DNA of 64,000 nucleotides, taken from positions 528 to 64,527 of the forward strand of contig JACKFI010000007.1 in the NCBI GenBank assembly GCA_020632555.1, read 5' to 3'. This document shows, piece by piece, positions 1-9,010 of the stretch. The notes below the pieces were generated by a model that was given only the letters and a program-made list of their open reading frames with translations, did no database searches and was not told the origin of the DNA. The DNA comes from Candidatus Omnitrophota bacterium (GTDB lineage: Bacteria > Omnitrophota > Gorgyraeia > Zapsychrales > JANLHA01). The position numbers and the translations under genes are program-made. Position 1 is the stretch's first letter; every line of letters starts with the position of its first letter.

Positions 1-610
1 TACTCATTTCTTGCTTGCCTTAACGGTTACATTTAGCGCGGTTCAGATTGCGGCTGTTTCATTAATCTTGTTTTTATTTAAGGATCGTGATTTGCGCAAG
101 TATATTATGCTAACGTTTGTTCCGACTGTGTTGTGTTTTGTTTATTATTTCGCGACGCCGAAATATTCTTTTTATTTTATTGATAATGCGATGCAATTGA
201 TTTCAGCAAGTTTTCCTAAAGAGCGATTAGTATTGGTTTTCTTGCTGGGTGGATTTTTGAATTGGATGGTTGTCAGGCAGGGGATTGGCTCAATATGGGA
301 AAAGTTCAAAGATTATAAGGTTGTTTTTTTGGTTTTTATAATTTTAATGCTATTCTTCACGACGCTTGTGCTGGGTTTATTTTATTTGAAAGCGCAAGGT
401 CAAGGTGTCGGGTTCTCTTTATCCAATCGGTATTTTATTTATTTAACGCCGATAGGAGTTATTGCGGCGACACTTTTTACGGCTGAGGTGTGGTGTTTGA
501 CCGCGAAACAACTTTATTGGCGCATTGGTTTATTTTTATTTGCCGGTGGATTGTTGATTTTTCGATTAAACCAGTCATGGTTATTAGCCAGGTCTTTTTA
601 TAGCTTGTAG
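1..610 (+). CDS. 3' portion of a polytopic membrane protein, open to the left window edge; function unassigned (glycan polymerase/flippase-type is only a guess)
   Basis: Frame is open from nt 2 to TAG at 608-610. Translation is a series of hydrophobic helices (VVFLVFIILMLFFTTLVLGLFYL, IGLFLFAGGLLIF). No catalytic motif recognised. Confidence 0.5.
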   Translation, partial: THFLLALTVTFSAVQIAAVSLILFLFKDRDLRKYIMLTFVPTVLCFVYYFATPKYSFYFIDNAMQLISASFPKERLVLVFLLGGFLNWMVVRQGIGSIWEKFKDYKVVFLVFIILMLFFTTLVLGLFYLKAQGQGVGFSLSNRYFIYLTPIGVIAATLFTAEVWCLTAKQLYWRIGLFLFAGGLLIFRLNQSWLLARSFYSL

Positions 611-668
611 CTATGTTTAAATTTTAGATATTATGCGACCAAATTGTTTTTTATGACGGAATTATTTC

Positions 669-696
669 TTGACACGTGGTGGGCGAATTCTATAAT
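669..696 (+). promoter_or_regulatory. Candidate sigma70-type promoter upstream of the pseB-like gene
   Basis: TTGACA (669-674), 16 nt spacer, TATAAT (691-696), inside the 172-nt intergenic gap before the 783/789 start. Confidence 0.45.
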
Positions 697-788
697 GAAC
701 CCTTAAATTAGGTAAAGTTTATGAGCCAATAGATTTTTGAATGGTAATTAACTTTAATGTTTTCAACAGCTTATATTAAAGGATGGAT

Positions 789-1832
789 ATGTTAAATGGT
801 AAAAGTATTTTGATCACGGGCGGAACCGGTTCTTTTGGCAAGAAAATGGTGCAAATTGTCTTAGCCCATTATAAGCCTAAAGCTTTGATTGTTTTTAGCC
901 GTGATGAGTTAAAACAGTTTGAAATGGCACAGAAATTTAGTCCAACCAAATACCCATGTTTAAAGTATGTTTTAGGTGATGTCCGAGATTCAAATCGTTT
1001 AGCTCGTGTTTTTAATGGTGTTGATTATGTGATCCATTCTGCTGCTTTAAAGCAAGTTCCTGCCGCTGAATCAAATCCCGAAGAGTATATTAAAACAAAT
1101 GTTTTGGGAGCTATGAATGTTATTGAGGCTGCCCTTAATAATGGTGTTAAGAAGGTGATTGCTTTATCGACCGATAAAGCAGCTAATCCGATCAATCTTT
1201 ATGGTGCGACCAAGTTGTGTTCCGATAAGCTTTTTGTCGCTGCTAACATTTATAGTGCCCAACAGGGGACGCGTTTTGCGGTGGTTCGGTATGGCAATGT
1301 TTTGGGCAGTCGCGGCTCGGTGATTCCGTTTTTTAAAGAACGCGCGGCAACGGGTGTTTTACCGATTACTGATGAACGCATGACGCGGTTTTGGATTACG
1401 TTGGATCAGGCGGTGCATTTTGTGATTAATTCTTTGGATGCGGCTAAGGGGGGCGAGATTTTTGTTCCTCGAATTCCATCGATGAAAATTCTAGATTTGG
1501 CTAAAGCGATTGCGCCTCAGTGTAAATTAAAAATTGTTGGTATTCGTCCCGGCGAAAAATTGCATGAAACTTTGATTAGTGAAGATGAAGCGCGCAATTC
1601 TGTTGAGTTTAAACAATGTTATATTATTCAGCCGGATGCTCATCATCGTCAGCAACTTTTTGCCTCCGGGAAAAAAGGTGGCGGCAAGATTTGCGCTGAA
1701 AGTTTTCGCTACACTAGCGATGGTAATCAAGATTGGCTAACCGTCAAAGAGTTGCGGGAATTAGCTGAAAAAATACATTTAGATTACGATATCGAAGCCT
1801 CTCGCTGGTCAATGGATGATGTTCCCCGCTGA
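789..1832 (+). CDS. pseB: UDP-N-acetylglucosamine 4,6-dehydratase (inverting), PseB/FlaA1 type
   Basis: MLNGKSILITGGTGSFGKK...VFSRDELKQFEM...GDVRD...YGATKLCSDKLF: Rossmann GxxGxxG, the SRDELKQ signature of PseB-type enzymes, and a YxxxK-like catalytic region. ATG at 783 is also possible; the AAGGA RBS fits 789 better. Confidence 0.85.
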   Translation: MLNGKSILITGGTGSFGKKMVQIVLAHYKPKALIVFSRDELKQFEMAQKFSPTKYPCLKYVLGDVRDSNRLARVFNGVDYVIHSAALKQVPAAESNPEEYIKTNVLGAMNVIEAALNNGVKKVIALSTDKAANPINLYGATKLCSDKLFVAANIYSAQQGTRFAVVRYGNVLGSRGSVIPFFKERAATGVLPITDERMTRFWITLDQAVHFVINSLDAAKGGEIFVPRIPSMKILDLAKAIAPQCKLKIVGIRPGEKLHETLISEDEARNSVEFKQCYIIQPDAHHRQQLFASGKKGGGKICAESFRYTSDGNQDWLTVKELRELAEKIHLDYDIEASRWSMDDVPR

Positions 1833-1840
1833 AATTTTCC

Positions 1841-2584
1841 ATGAATAATACTAAGGCACCATTATTATTAGCGATTTACGGAGACTCTCTTAGCTTACCA
1901 AGAAGTTTTGATGGTGTTTATTGTGATCAGGTTTATTGTGAACTTTTACGTAAAGAAGGGGCTGAGTTTAAAGATTTCTCTAATATGGTTGTTTTTAATC
2001 GGTCTCATGGGGGGATTTGTATTAAGGGACTCTTTGAGCAGTTTAGTCAAGATTTGAGTTATATTTCTAAGGATAAGAATAAGATTTTGATTATTCAGTG
2101 CGGTATTGTTGATTGTGCTCCTCGTCCGATTCCATCTGTGTTGCGAATGTTGGTTGGGAAAATGCCGGTGCGCGTGAGGGTAAAGATAGCTCAGTTTCTT
2201 CATAAAAATCGTAGCAGGATACAGAATATTATTTATTTTCGTCTTACTAATCCTAAGAACTTTCGTAGAATTCTTAAAAAATGGTTACTTGTTGCTGGGA
2301 CGATGTTTAAGCGTATTTATGTGGTTAATATTTTTCCGACGACTCAAAATATTGCAGAACATTCTCCTGGGTTTTGTGAAAGTATACAAATATATAATCA
2401 GATTATTTTTGAAGAAGTTCATAAGGCAGAGATGAAAAATATTGTTTTGCTTGATGTCTTTAAAAAGATATCTATTTTAGAAAAGCCAATTGAACACTTT
2501 GTTTCCGAGAAAGATGGACATCATTTAACACCAAATGGGCATGAATTGATTAAAAGACTTATCCTAGAGAAATATGAAGAATAA
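1841..2584 (+). CDS. SGNH/GDSL-family hydrolase (putative sugar O-acetyl esterase/acyltransferase)
   Basis: N-terminal block I IYGDSLS (GDS nucleophile motif) and C-terminal DGHHLTPNGH (DxxH block V). Confidence 0.6.
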   Translation: MNNTKAPLLLAIYGDSLSLPRSFDGVYCDQVYCELLRKEGAEFKDFSNMVVFNRSHGGICIKGLFEQFSQDLSYISKDKNKILIIQCGIVDCAPRPIPSVLRMLVGKMPVRVRVKIAQFLHKNRSRIQNIIYFRLTNPKNFRRILKKWLLVAGTMFKRIYVVNIFPTTQNIAEHSPGFCESIQIYNQIIFEEVHKAEMKNIVLLDVFKKISILEKPIEHFVSEKDGHHLTPNGHELIKRLILEKYEE

Positions 2585-3503
2585 GAAAAGAATATTAATC
2601 ACCGGTGTCAGCGGGCTTTTGGGAAGCAATTTGGCTTTTTGCTTGAAAGATCATTATGATATTGTGGGATTGTATCATTCTCGAAGAATTAATTTGAGAG
2701 GGGTTTTGTCTCGACAGGTGGATATGCGATCATTGCCGCAAATGGCAGCGATTTTACGAGAGTTTAATCCGCATGTTGTTATTCATTGCGCGGCGCAGGC
2801 GAATGTTGATTTGTGCGAAATTGATTCACAAGGTGCCCAAGAAATGAATGTTGTTGCGACCGCGAATCTTGTGAAAAGTTTAGAGAATTTCGAAACTCAA
2901 CTGATTCATATTTCTACGGACCTTGTTTATGACGGCAGCAAAGGGTTGTATAGCGAGTCTGATAAAGTTTATCCGGTAAATTATTATGGTGTGACAAAGC
3001 TCGAATCTGAAAAGGAAGCCTTAAAAAAAGAAGGGGCTTTGGTTTTGCGGACTAACTTTTTTGGCTGGGGAATATTACCGCGGCGAAGTTTGGCGCAGTG
3101 GTTGATTGAAGAGCTTAAGGCTGGGCGGGATGTGCAAGGGTTTACGGATGTTATTTTTTCTTCGTTGTATACTTTTGATCTGGCAGATTTGATTTCAAAG
3201 ATGATGAGCAGGAATCTCAGTGGTATTTACAATTGTGGCAGTGCTAATGCTATTTCAAAATATGAGTTTTTATTGCAGTTAGCTAAAAAAACAGGGCTTA
3301 AAGCTGAACAAATACATGCTGGATTTGTCGATCAATTTCCTTTAAAAGCTAAAAGAGCTAAAAATCTTTCAATGAACGTAACAAAATTAGCTAAGGATTT
3401 AGCCGTTCGTTTGCCCACCAGTGAAGAATCCCTTGATCATTTTGTTGCTGACTTAGGCAAAGATTACCCGTCGTCTTGGCAGGAAGAATTCTTTGACAAA
3501 TAA
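2574..3503 (+). CDS. RmlD-like NAD(P)-dependent 4-ketosugar reductase (dTDP-4-dehydrorhamnose reductase family)
   Basis: ILITGVSGLLGSNL, HCAAQANVDLCE, ISTDLVYDG, YGVTKLESE: the typical RmlD substrate-binding family layout. Overlaps the upstream gene by 11 nt. Confidence 0.7.
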   Translation: MKNKKRILITGVSGLLGSNLAFCLKDHYDIVGLYHSRRINLRGVLSRQVDMRSLPQMAAILREFNPHVVIHCAAQANVDLCEIDSQGAQEMNVVATANLVKSLENFETQLIHISTDLVYDGSKGLYSESDKVYPVNYYGVTKLESEKEALKKEGALVLRTNFFGWGILPRRSLAQWLIEELKAGRDVQGFTDVIFSSLYTFDLADLISKMMSRNLSGIYNCGSANAISKYEFLLQLAKKTGLKAEQIHAGFVDQFPLKAKRAKNLSMNVTKLAKDLAVRLPTSEESLDHFVADLGKDYPSSWQEEFFDK

Positions 3504-3569
3504 ATTAAATTTTAATATGGTCACCATACAAAAGCAGTATAAAACTATTTCATAAATAAAGGAAATGCA

Positions 3570-4346
3570 ATGGATTTGTTTCATGCTTTGATTTTGGGAA
3601 TTGTTGAAGGGATTAGTGAATTCTTGCCGATATCATCAACCGGGCATTTGATATTAATGGCAAAGTTTTTGGGGCTGCCTAATAGTGATTTTGTCAAAAG
3701 TTTTGAGATTTCGATACAATTGGGGGCGATTCTTTCGGTGGTTGTTTTGTATGCGCGTTCCTTTTTGGTTAATATTAAAATTTTACAAAGAGTTGCCGTG
3801 GCATTTTTCCCGACGGCCGTGTTGGGTCTGATTTTTTATAAATTGATTAAAAAGTTTCTTCTTGGCAATGGTATGGTTGTGGTCTGGTCGTTATTGCTTG
3901 GCGGTATTGTTCTGATTATTTTTGAACTTTGTCATCGGGAAAATAATGAGTCAACCGATGACTTGAGTCAAATTTCTTTTAAAACGGCGTTTTGTATCGG
4001 TATTTTTCAATCCTTGGCAATGGTGCCGGGTGTTTCGCGGTCCGCGGCGACGATTATTGGCGGGATGATGTTGGGGTTAAAGCGCCGCACAATTGTTGAA
4101 TTTTCGTTTTTACTGGCTGTCCCAACGATGAGCGCGGCGGTTGGATTAGATCTTCTAAAAAGTACTCATCATTTTACGTCGCAAGAAATGTTGTCTTTGA
4201 GTGTTGGTTTTTTTGTTTCTTTTGTCGTGGCTTTAGGAAGCATTAAGTTCTTACTTGCGTTTATTAAACATAATAATTTTATTTTGTTTGGTATTTATCG
4301 TATTGTTGCGGCCGGATTATTTATATTATTTGGCATTGAAAAGTAA
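3570..4346 (+). CDS. uppP: Undecaprenyl-diphosphate phosphatase (BacA/UppP)
   Basis: N-terminus LGIVEGISEFLPISSTGHLIL and PGVSRSAATI motif; 8-TM-like hydrophobic profile; 258 aa. Confidence 0.9.
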   Translation: MDLFHALILGIVEGISEFLPISSTGHLILMAKFLGLPNSDFVKSFEISIQLGAILSVVVLYARSFLVNIKILQRVAVAFFPTAVLGLIFYKLIKKFLLGNGMVVVWSLLLGGIVLIIFELCHRENNESTDDLSQISFKTAFCIGIFQSLAMVPGVSRSAATIIGGMMLGLKRRTIVEFSFLLAVPTMSAAVGLDLLKSTHHFTSQEMLSLSVGFFVSFVVALGSIKFLLAFIKHNNFILFGIYRIVAAGLFILFGIEK

Positions 4347-4354
4347 ATGTTTTT

Positions 4355-6184
4355 ATGACTGTTTATCTATTGGAAGATGAAAAAGATTTGGCCGTTTTGT
4401 TGGCAAAGGAGCCTGCACTTCAAAATCCGCATTGTTTATTTCTTCTTGATACAAGTCCTGAAAGTCAAGCTTTAATAGCCAAGCATTCTATTCAAAAAAT
4501 TCAATTGCCTGTGTGGGATAAAGAGTGTCGAGAGAAATGGCTGGCCGCTTATGTGTGTGCGGTCGGGCAAGTAAATCTGACTTTGCATAGCCGGTTGTGG
4601 TGGGCGACGGATTTTTCTTCAAAAAATCGGTTTAATTCTCATTTGCCACAACTGGTGCAAAAGTTTTTAATGATTGTTGAGGCGTGTGAAATCAGTCCAA
4701 AAGATGATGTGATTATTTGTTCGGTGCCTTGGCAGTTGCAAGGGGCGTTGAGGACATTTTTTTTAAAATCTGACATTGAATTTCAGGCGAAGTTTTCATT
4801 ATTAACCAAATATCAGGATTTAGGATTAGAGTTCTTAAAGCGTATCGGCAGTGGGTTATTTCATTTTGTTCGTTTGATAGGTCGGTTTATATTTGCGCGC
4901 ATGATATTAACAAGTAAACTACAGACTTTTTTAGAGAATAAGCCGTCAGCCTATGTGATTAAAACTTTTGTTTATGATCATTCTTTTTCAAGGGAAGGCA
5001 GATACAGGGATGTTTTCTTTGGACAATTGTCTGAGTTTTTGGTTAAAAATGGGCAGAAGGTTATTTTTCTTGCAAACATTCTTGGTGATTTCAAATCATG
5101 CGTAAAGAAAATTGCGCATTGTCCTCATGCCGATATTATTCCGATCGAGTATTGTGTTACGCTTGGGGATATTATTTCTGCGCTGTGGCAAAGTGTGATT
5201 TATCGACCGCAGGTTAAACAGGCCGTTTGGCTTGGAGAGCATGATATAAGTGATTTGATTAATGCAGAGTTGGCTAGTTGTTCTGGTAAAATTCAGATTT
5301 ATCAATATTTGCATTATGCGGCAACGCGCGCATTGCTCAAGACGATTGCGGCGAAGTGTTTTCTGCTAACGTATGAAAATAATCCGTGGGAAAAAATGTG
5401 TTTGTTAGCTTTTCGTGAGCAAGCGCTGCAAACAGAAATTCTGGGTTATCAGCATACGGTGACTCCGCAAGCGTCGGTGAATATGTTTATCAGTGCCGAG
5501 GAAGAGGGGGTTATTCCTAAACCGGATCGCGTTTTGACGGTTGGTGCTGCGACCAAGGACATTATTGATCGATACACACAGATTTCTTCCTTACCGGTGC
5601 AAGCTGCTTGCGCTTTGCGTTATGAAGTTTTATGGAATTTAAAACCTTTAGCGCGGACTAAAACGTTTAATATTCTGCTAGCCTTAGACGGGATTGTTGA
5701 AGTTTATGAGATGGTTAATTATGTGATTCAACAGCTTATTGACCAGAAAAAATACAAAATTATCATTCGAACTCATCCGGTTTTGCCAATATCCTTGATT
5801 GAGAATAAATTACTTTATAAGTTGGCGCGTTTACCTTTTGTCGAAATTTCCCAAGGTTATTCACCGATTCAGGATATTGAACGCACCGATATGACGATTT
5901 ATTGGGGAAGCACTGTTGCGCTGGAATCTTTGTGGATGGGCAAGCCGATTATTAATTTTGATAAACAAGATCTTTTTAGTTATGATCCGCTGTTTGACTG
6001 TCCGCATTTTAAGTGGACAGTTGGTCCTCATCAAGAGCTACGACCGGTTTTGGAGGAGATTTATGCGCTCACAGATGAAGATTTCTTGGCAGGCTACCAA
6101 AATGCGCATACTTATTTGGCTCAATATTTTTACCCAGTTAATCCTGCCAATATGAGTCCATTTTTACCCAGATTACAGTCGTAA
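4355..6184 (+). CDS. Large uncharacterised protein; C-terminal half looks like a GT-B/capsule-synthesis-type Rossmann transferase
   Basis: 609-aa ORF starting 9 nt after uppP. The C-terminal pattern ILLALDG...KIIIRTHP...IYWGSTVALESLWMGKPIINF resembles the nucleotide-sugar binding half of GT-B-like transferases. No firm family assignment by eye. Confidence 0.4.
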   Translation: MTVYLLEDEKDLAVLLAKEPALQNPHCLFLLDTSPESQALIAKHSIQKIQLPVWDKECREKWLAAYVCAVGQVNLTLHSRLWWATDFSSKNRFNSHLPQLVQKFLMIVEACEISPKDDVIICSVPWQLQGALRTFFLKSDIEFQAKFSLLTKYQDLGLEFLKRIGSGLFHFVRLIGRFIFARMILTSKLQTFLENKPSAYVIKTFVYDHSFSREGRYRDVFFGQLSEFLVKNGQKVIFLANILGDFKSCVKKIAHCPHADIIPIEYCVTLGDIISALWQSVIYRPQVKQAVWLGEHDISDLINAELASCSGKIQIYQYLHYAATRALLKTIAAKCFLLTYENNPWEKMCLLAFREQALQTEILGYQHTVTPQASVNMFISAEEEGVIPKPDRVLTVGAATKDIIDRYTQISSLPVQAACALRYEVLWNLKPLARTKTFNILLALDGIVEVYEMVNYVIQQLIDQKKYKIIIRTHPVLPISLIENKLLYKLARLPFVEISQGYSPIQDIERTDMTIYWGSTVALESLWMGKPIINFDKQDLFSYDPLFDCPHFKWTVGPHQELRPVLEEIYALTDEDFLAGYQNAHTYLAQYFYPVNPANMSPFLPRLQS

Positions 6185-6201
6185 ATAAGCTTATATAAAA
6201 A

Positions 6202-6230
6202 TTGACTATTTGGGGCTGTTCCGTTAGAAT
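6202..6230 (+). promoter_or_regulatory. Candidate sigma70-type promoter
   Basis: TTGACT (6202-6207), 17 nt spacer, TAGAAT (6225-6230), in the 84-nt gap upstream of the 6269 start. Confidence 0.4.
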
Positions 6231-6268
6231 TGTCTTCCGTTGCAACCCTTTTTTAACACTTTTTATTT

Positions 6269-7324
6269 ATGAATAAACCACTTAAATGCGGAATTGTTGG
6301 TTACGGCTATATGGGCGAAATTCGCCGGGCCGTGATTGAGCGTCATCCGGAAACGATGCAATTGATTGGTATTTGTGATACCAATGAAGCTATTCGCGGC
6401 AAAATAGGCGGTGTTCGAACCTTTGGCCGTTTGGAAGACCTCTTGGCTTTGAAGATTGATATCCTTTTTGTTTGCACGCCCAATTGTTTTTCTCCCGAAA
6501 TTTGTATGAAAGCCATGGATCAGGGAATTCATGTTTTTTGTGAAAAGCCGCCGGGTCGTGATGTTACAGATATTAAGAACATCATTGCGCATGAAAAGCA
6601 AGGGGTCAAATTGATGTTTGGTTTTAATCATCGTTTTCATCCCGGTATAGTTAAAGCGAAAGTGATTGTTGACAGTGGGCGTTTTGGGCGGATTCTGAAT
6701 TTGCGCGGGCTTTATGGCAAAAGCGGCGGTATTTCTTTTAAAAAATCATGGCGCAATAATCGTGAAATCTCCGGCGGGGGTATTTTGCTGGATCAAGGGA
6801 TTCATATGCTGGATCTCTTTTCGCATTTTTGCGGTGATTTTGAAGATGTCAAATGTTTTGCCAGTGATGATTTTTGGAAATTTGCGGTTGAAGATAATGC
6901 GTTTGTGATTTTGCAAAATCGCAAAGGTCAAAGCGCTTCGTGTCATTCTTCGGCGACATTTTGGAAACACACCTTTCGCTTGGACATTACGTTAGAAGAA
7001 GGATGCATGACAGTGGAAGGATTATTATCAAAGTCGGGCAGTTATGGCCGTGAAAAATTGATTGTTGCCAATCGTCAGTTTGAAGATGCCACGCATGCGG
7101 TGGGCAATCCCGCTGAAGAAGTGACCTATTTTGACCGTGATTTATCGTGGGATTTGGAAGTTGAAGAATTTGTCCGTTGTGTTATACAAGACAGTCCTGT
7201 GATAACGAGTTCTTCACAAGATGCTCTGCGGGTTATGGAAATGATTGAACGCGCTTATGCTGATGCCCAAAAACCTAAGTCATCGGCGAAGCATACGCAA
7301 AAACAAAACTTCGGCATAACTTAA
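6269..7324 (+). CDS. Gfo/Idh/MocA-family NAD(P)-dependent sugar oxidoreductase
   Basis: LKCGIVGYGYMGEIRR N-terminal Rossmann motif, EKPPG motif (CEKPPGRD), 351 aa. Confidence 0.8.
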   Translation: MNKPLKCGIVGYGYMGEIRRAVIERHPETMQLIGICDTNEAIRGKIGGVRTFGRLEDLLALKIDILFVCTPNCFSPEICMKAMDQGIHVFCEKPPGRDVTDIKNIIAHEKQGVKLMFGFNHRFHPGIVKAKVIVDSGRFGRILNLRGLYGKSGGISFKKSWRNNREISGGGILLDQGIHMLDLFSHFCGDFEDVKCFASDDFWKFAVEDNAFVILQNRKGQSASCHSSATFWKHTFRLDITLEEGCMTVEGLLSKSGSYGREKLIVANRQFEDATHAVGNPAEEVTYFDRDLSWDLEVEEFVRCVIQDSPVITSSSQDALRVMEMIERAYADAQKPKSSAKHTQKQNFGIT

Positions 7325-7326
7325 TC

Positions 7327-8343
7327 ATGAAAAATATTGTTATTAACGATCAGTACGATCAGCTGGATTTGAAGCCTTCGCAGCTTATTGAACGTTATAT
7401 TTCGTTGACGCAAAGGGATGTTGGTAAAATTTTGGCTGATCCTGCCCAATTGTCTGTTTGTCATTGTCCGGCTTGTGGCGCGACAGAAAAGCAGCAGGCT
7501 TTTGTAAAGTTTTCGCTGACATATCAAGAATGTCAACATTGTCGCACATTGTATGTGTCTCCTCGACCCAATGACACCATGCTTAACGATTATTATTTAA
7601 AGAGCGATGCACGCGCATTTTGGTGTAATGAGCTTTCTCAGCTCACTGATAAAAAGCGTAAAGAAAAAGTTATCAAGCCGCGTTTTCAATGGATTTTAGA
7701 ATCAACGCGTGAATATTTCCCCAATGCTAAGACATGGGTTGATATCAATACCAGTCAATACAGTTACATTGATGCGATGGCGGACGCGGATATTTTTGAG
7801 AATAAAATACTTTTAAATCCGTACTTACCTTTGGAGCCACAAGATTATCCTCGCGTCGCAATTGTCAAAAAACCGTGGTGGGAAGAGCCTGCTATTGACC
7901 AAGTTAGTGTGATTTCATTGTTTGAAGTGATAGATCATACAGCGGATGTCGGCCGGTTGATGGCGACGGTCAATGCAATGTTGAGCAAAGGCGGTTTGTG
8001 TTTTTTGACCGCAATTTTATCGTCGGGATTTGATATCCAGACTTTGTGGGAGCAGGCGGAAAATCTTCACCCGCCGGATCGTTTGAATTGTTTTAGCGTT
8101 AAAGGCTTACATGCTCTTTTTGAAAAATATGGTTTTGAATGTTTAGAGTTAAGTACGCCGGGTATTTTTGATTTGGAGTTTGTTGCCAAGAAATTAAAAG
8201 AACAGCCTTGCTTAAATGTTCCGCGTTTTGTTCGTGATTTGATTGAACGCAAAGATGAAGAAACCAAACGGGCCTTTCAGGAGTTTTTGCAAAGTGCTTG
8301 TATGAGTTCGTATGGACGGATATTGATTCGTAAAAAAGGATAA
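7327..8343 (+). CDS. Putative SAM-dependent methyltransferase with N-terminal Cys4 zinc ribbon
   Basis: CHCPACG...CQHC zinc-ribbon pattern. The C-terminal SLFEVIDHTADVGRLMATVNAMLSKGGLCFLT is typical of class I methyltransferase motifs. Motif I is atypical (no GxGxG). Confidence 0.55.
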   Translation: MKNIVINDQYDQLDLKPSQLIERYISLTQRDVGKILADPAQLSVCHCPACGATEKQQAFVKFSLTYQECQHCRTLYVSPRPNDTMLNDYYLKSDARAFWCNELSQLTDKKRKEKVIKPRFQWILESTREYFPNAKTWVDINTSQYSYIDAMADADIFENKILLNPYLPLEPQDYPRVAIVKKPWWEEPAIDQVSVISLFEVIDHTADVGRLMATVNAMLSKGGLCFLTAILSSGFDIQTLWEQAENLHPPDRLNCFSVKGLHALFEKYGFECLELSTPGIFDLEFVAKKLKEQPCLNVPRFVRDLIERKDEETKRAFQEFLQSACMSSYGRILIRKKG

Positions 8344-8347
8344 AAGA

Positions 8348-8950
8348 ATGTCATACATTAAAGATTATTGTCAGGAAGCTGGCCAAATCATTGCCGCTTT
8401 GGATCAAGGTCAAATTGAAAAAATGATTTCGATTCTTTTAGATGTTCGTAAAAATGGCGGGCGCTTATTCTTTTTAGGTGTTGGTGGTAGCGCGGCGAAT
8501 TGTTCGCATGCGGTGAATGATTTTCGTAAAATTGGTGGTTTCGAGGCCTATACACCGGTTGATAATGTCGCAGAATTAACGGCGCGCACCAATGATGAAG
8601 GCTGGAATACCGTTTTTGAAGGTTGGCTTAAAGGCTCGCGCATTAATGCTAAGGACGCGGTTTTTGTTTTCTCAGTCGGCGGCGGCAGTAAAGAAAAAAA
8701 TATCAGCGCGAATTTGGTTTACGGTCTTGATGTTGCCAAAGGAGTTGGGGCTAAGATTTTAGGTGTTGTGGGGCGTGATGGCGGCTATGCGGCTAAAGTG
8801 GCGGATGCGTGTGTGATCATTCCACCTCTTAATCCGGCGACGATTACGCCGCAGTCAGAAAGTTTTCAGGCGGTGGTTTGGCATATGATTGTTTCTGATC
8901 CGCGCATTATGGTGATGAGTAACAAGTGGGAATCAGTCGCTGTTACTTAG
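8348..8950 (+). CDS. SIS-domain sugar-phosphate isomerase (GmhA / phosphoheptose isomerase-like)
   Basis: GGRLFFLGVGGSAANCSHAVNDF and VFVFSVGGGS motifs; 200 aa. Confidence 0.8.
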   Translation: MSYIKDYCQEAGQIIAALDQGQIEKMISILLDVRKNGGRLFFLGVGGSAANCSHAVNDFRKIGGFEAYTPVDNVAELTARTNDEGWNTVFEGWLKGSRINAKDAVFVFSVGGGSKEKNISANLVYGLDVAKGVGAKILGVVGRDGGYAAKVADACVIIPPLNPATITPQSESFQAVVWHMIVSDPRIMVMSNKWESVAVT

Positions 8951-8957
8951 TTTTATC

Positions 8958-8981
8958 AATTGTGAGCGCGCGCTCACAATT
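8958..8981. repeat. Perfect 24-bp palindrome AATTGTGAGCGCGCGCTCACAATT in the SIS-tal intergenic gap (operator-like or RNA hairpin)
   Basis: Read directly: the 12-nt arms are exact reverse complements. It lies 8 nt after the stop at 8950 and 30 nt before the ATG at 9011. No U-tract follows. Confidence 0.9.
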
Positions 8982-9010
8982 CAAGAATCAAGCTCAAGGA
9001 AAGGTTTATT

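Noticed and set aside
3493-3518. TTGACA at 3493-3498 followed by TAATAT at 3513-3518, as a possible promoter for uppP
   Set aside because: The spacer is only 14 nt, and the -35 element lies inside the upstream coding sequence. It was not reported as a feature.
8958-8981. Possibility that the lac-operator-like palindrome is cloning-vector contamination
   Set aside because: Only the 10-nt half-sites match. The central spacing differs from lacO/lacOsym, and the flanks are native coding sequence in frame with neighbouring genes. No other vector-like sequence (lacZ alpha, promoters, polylinker) is adjacent.
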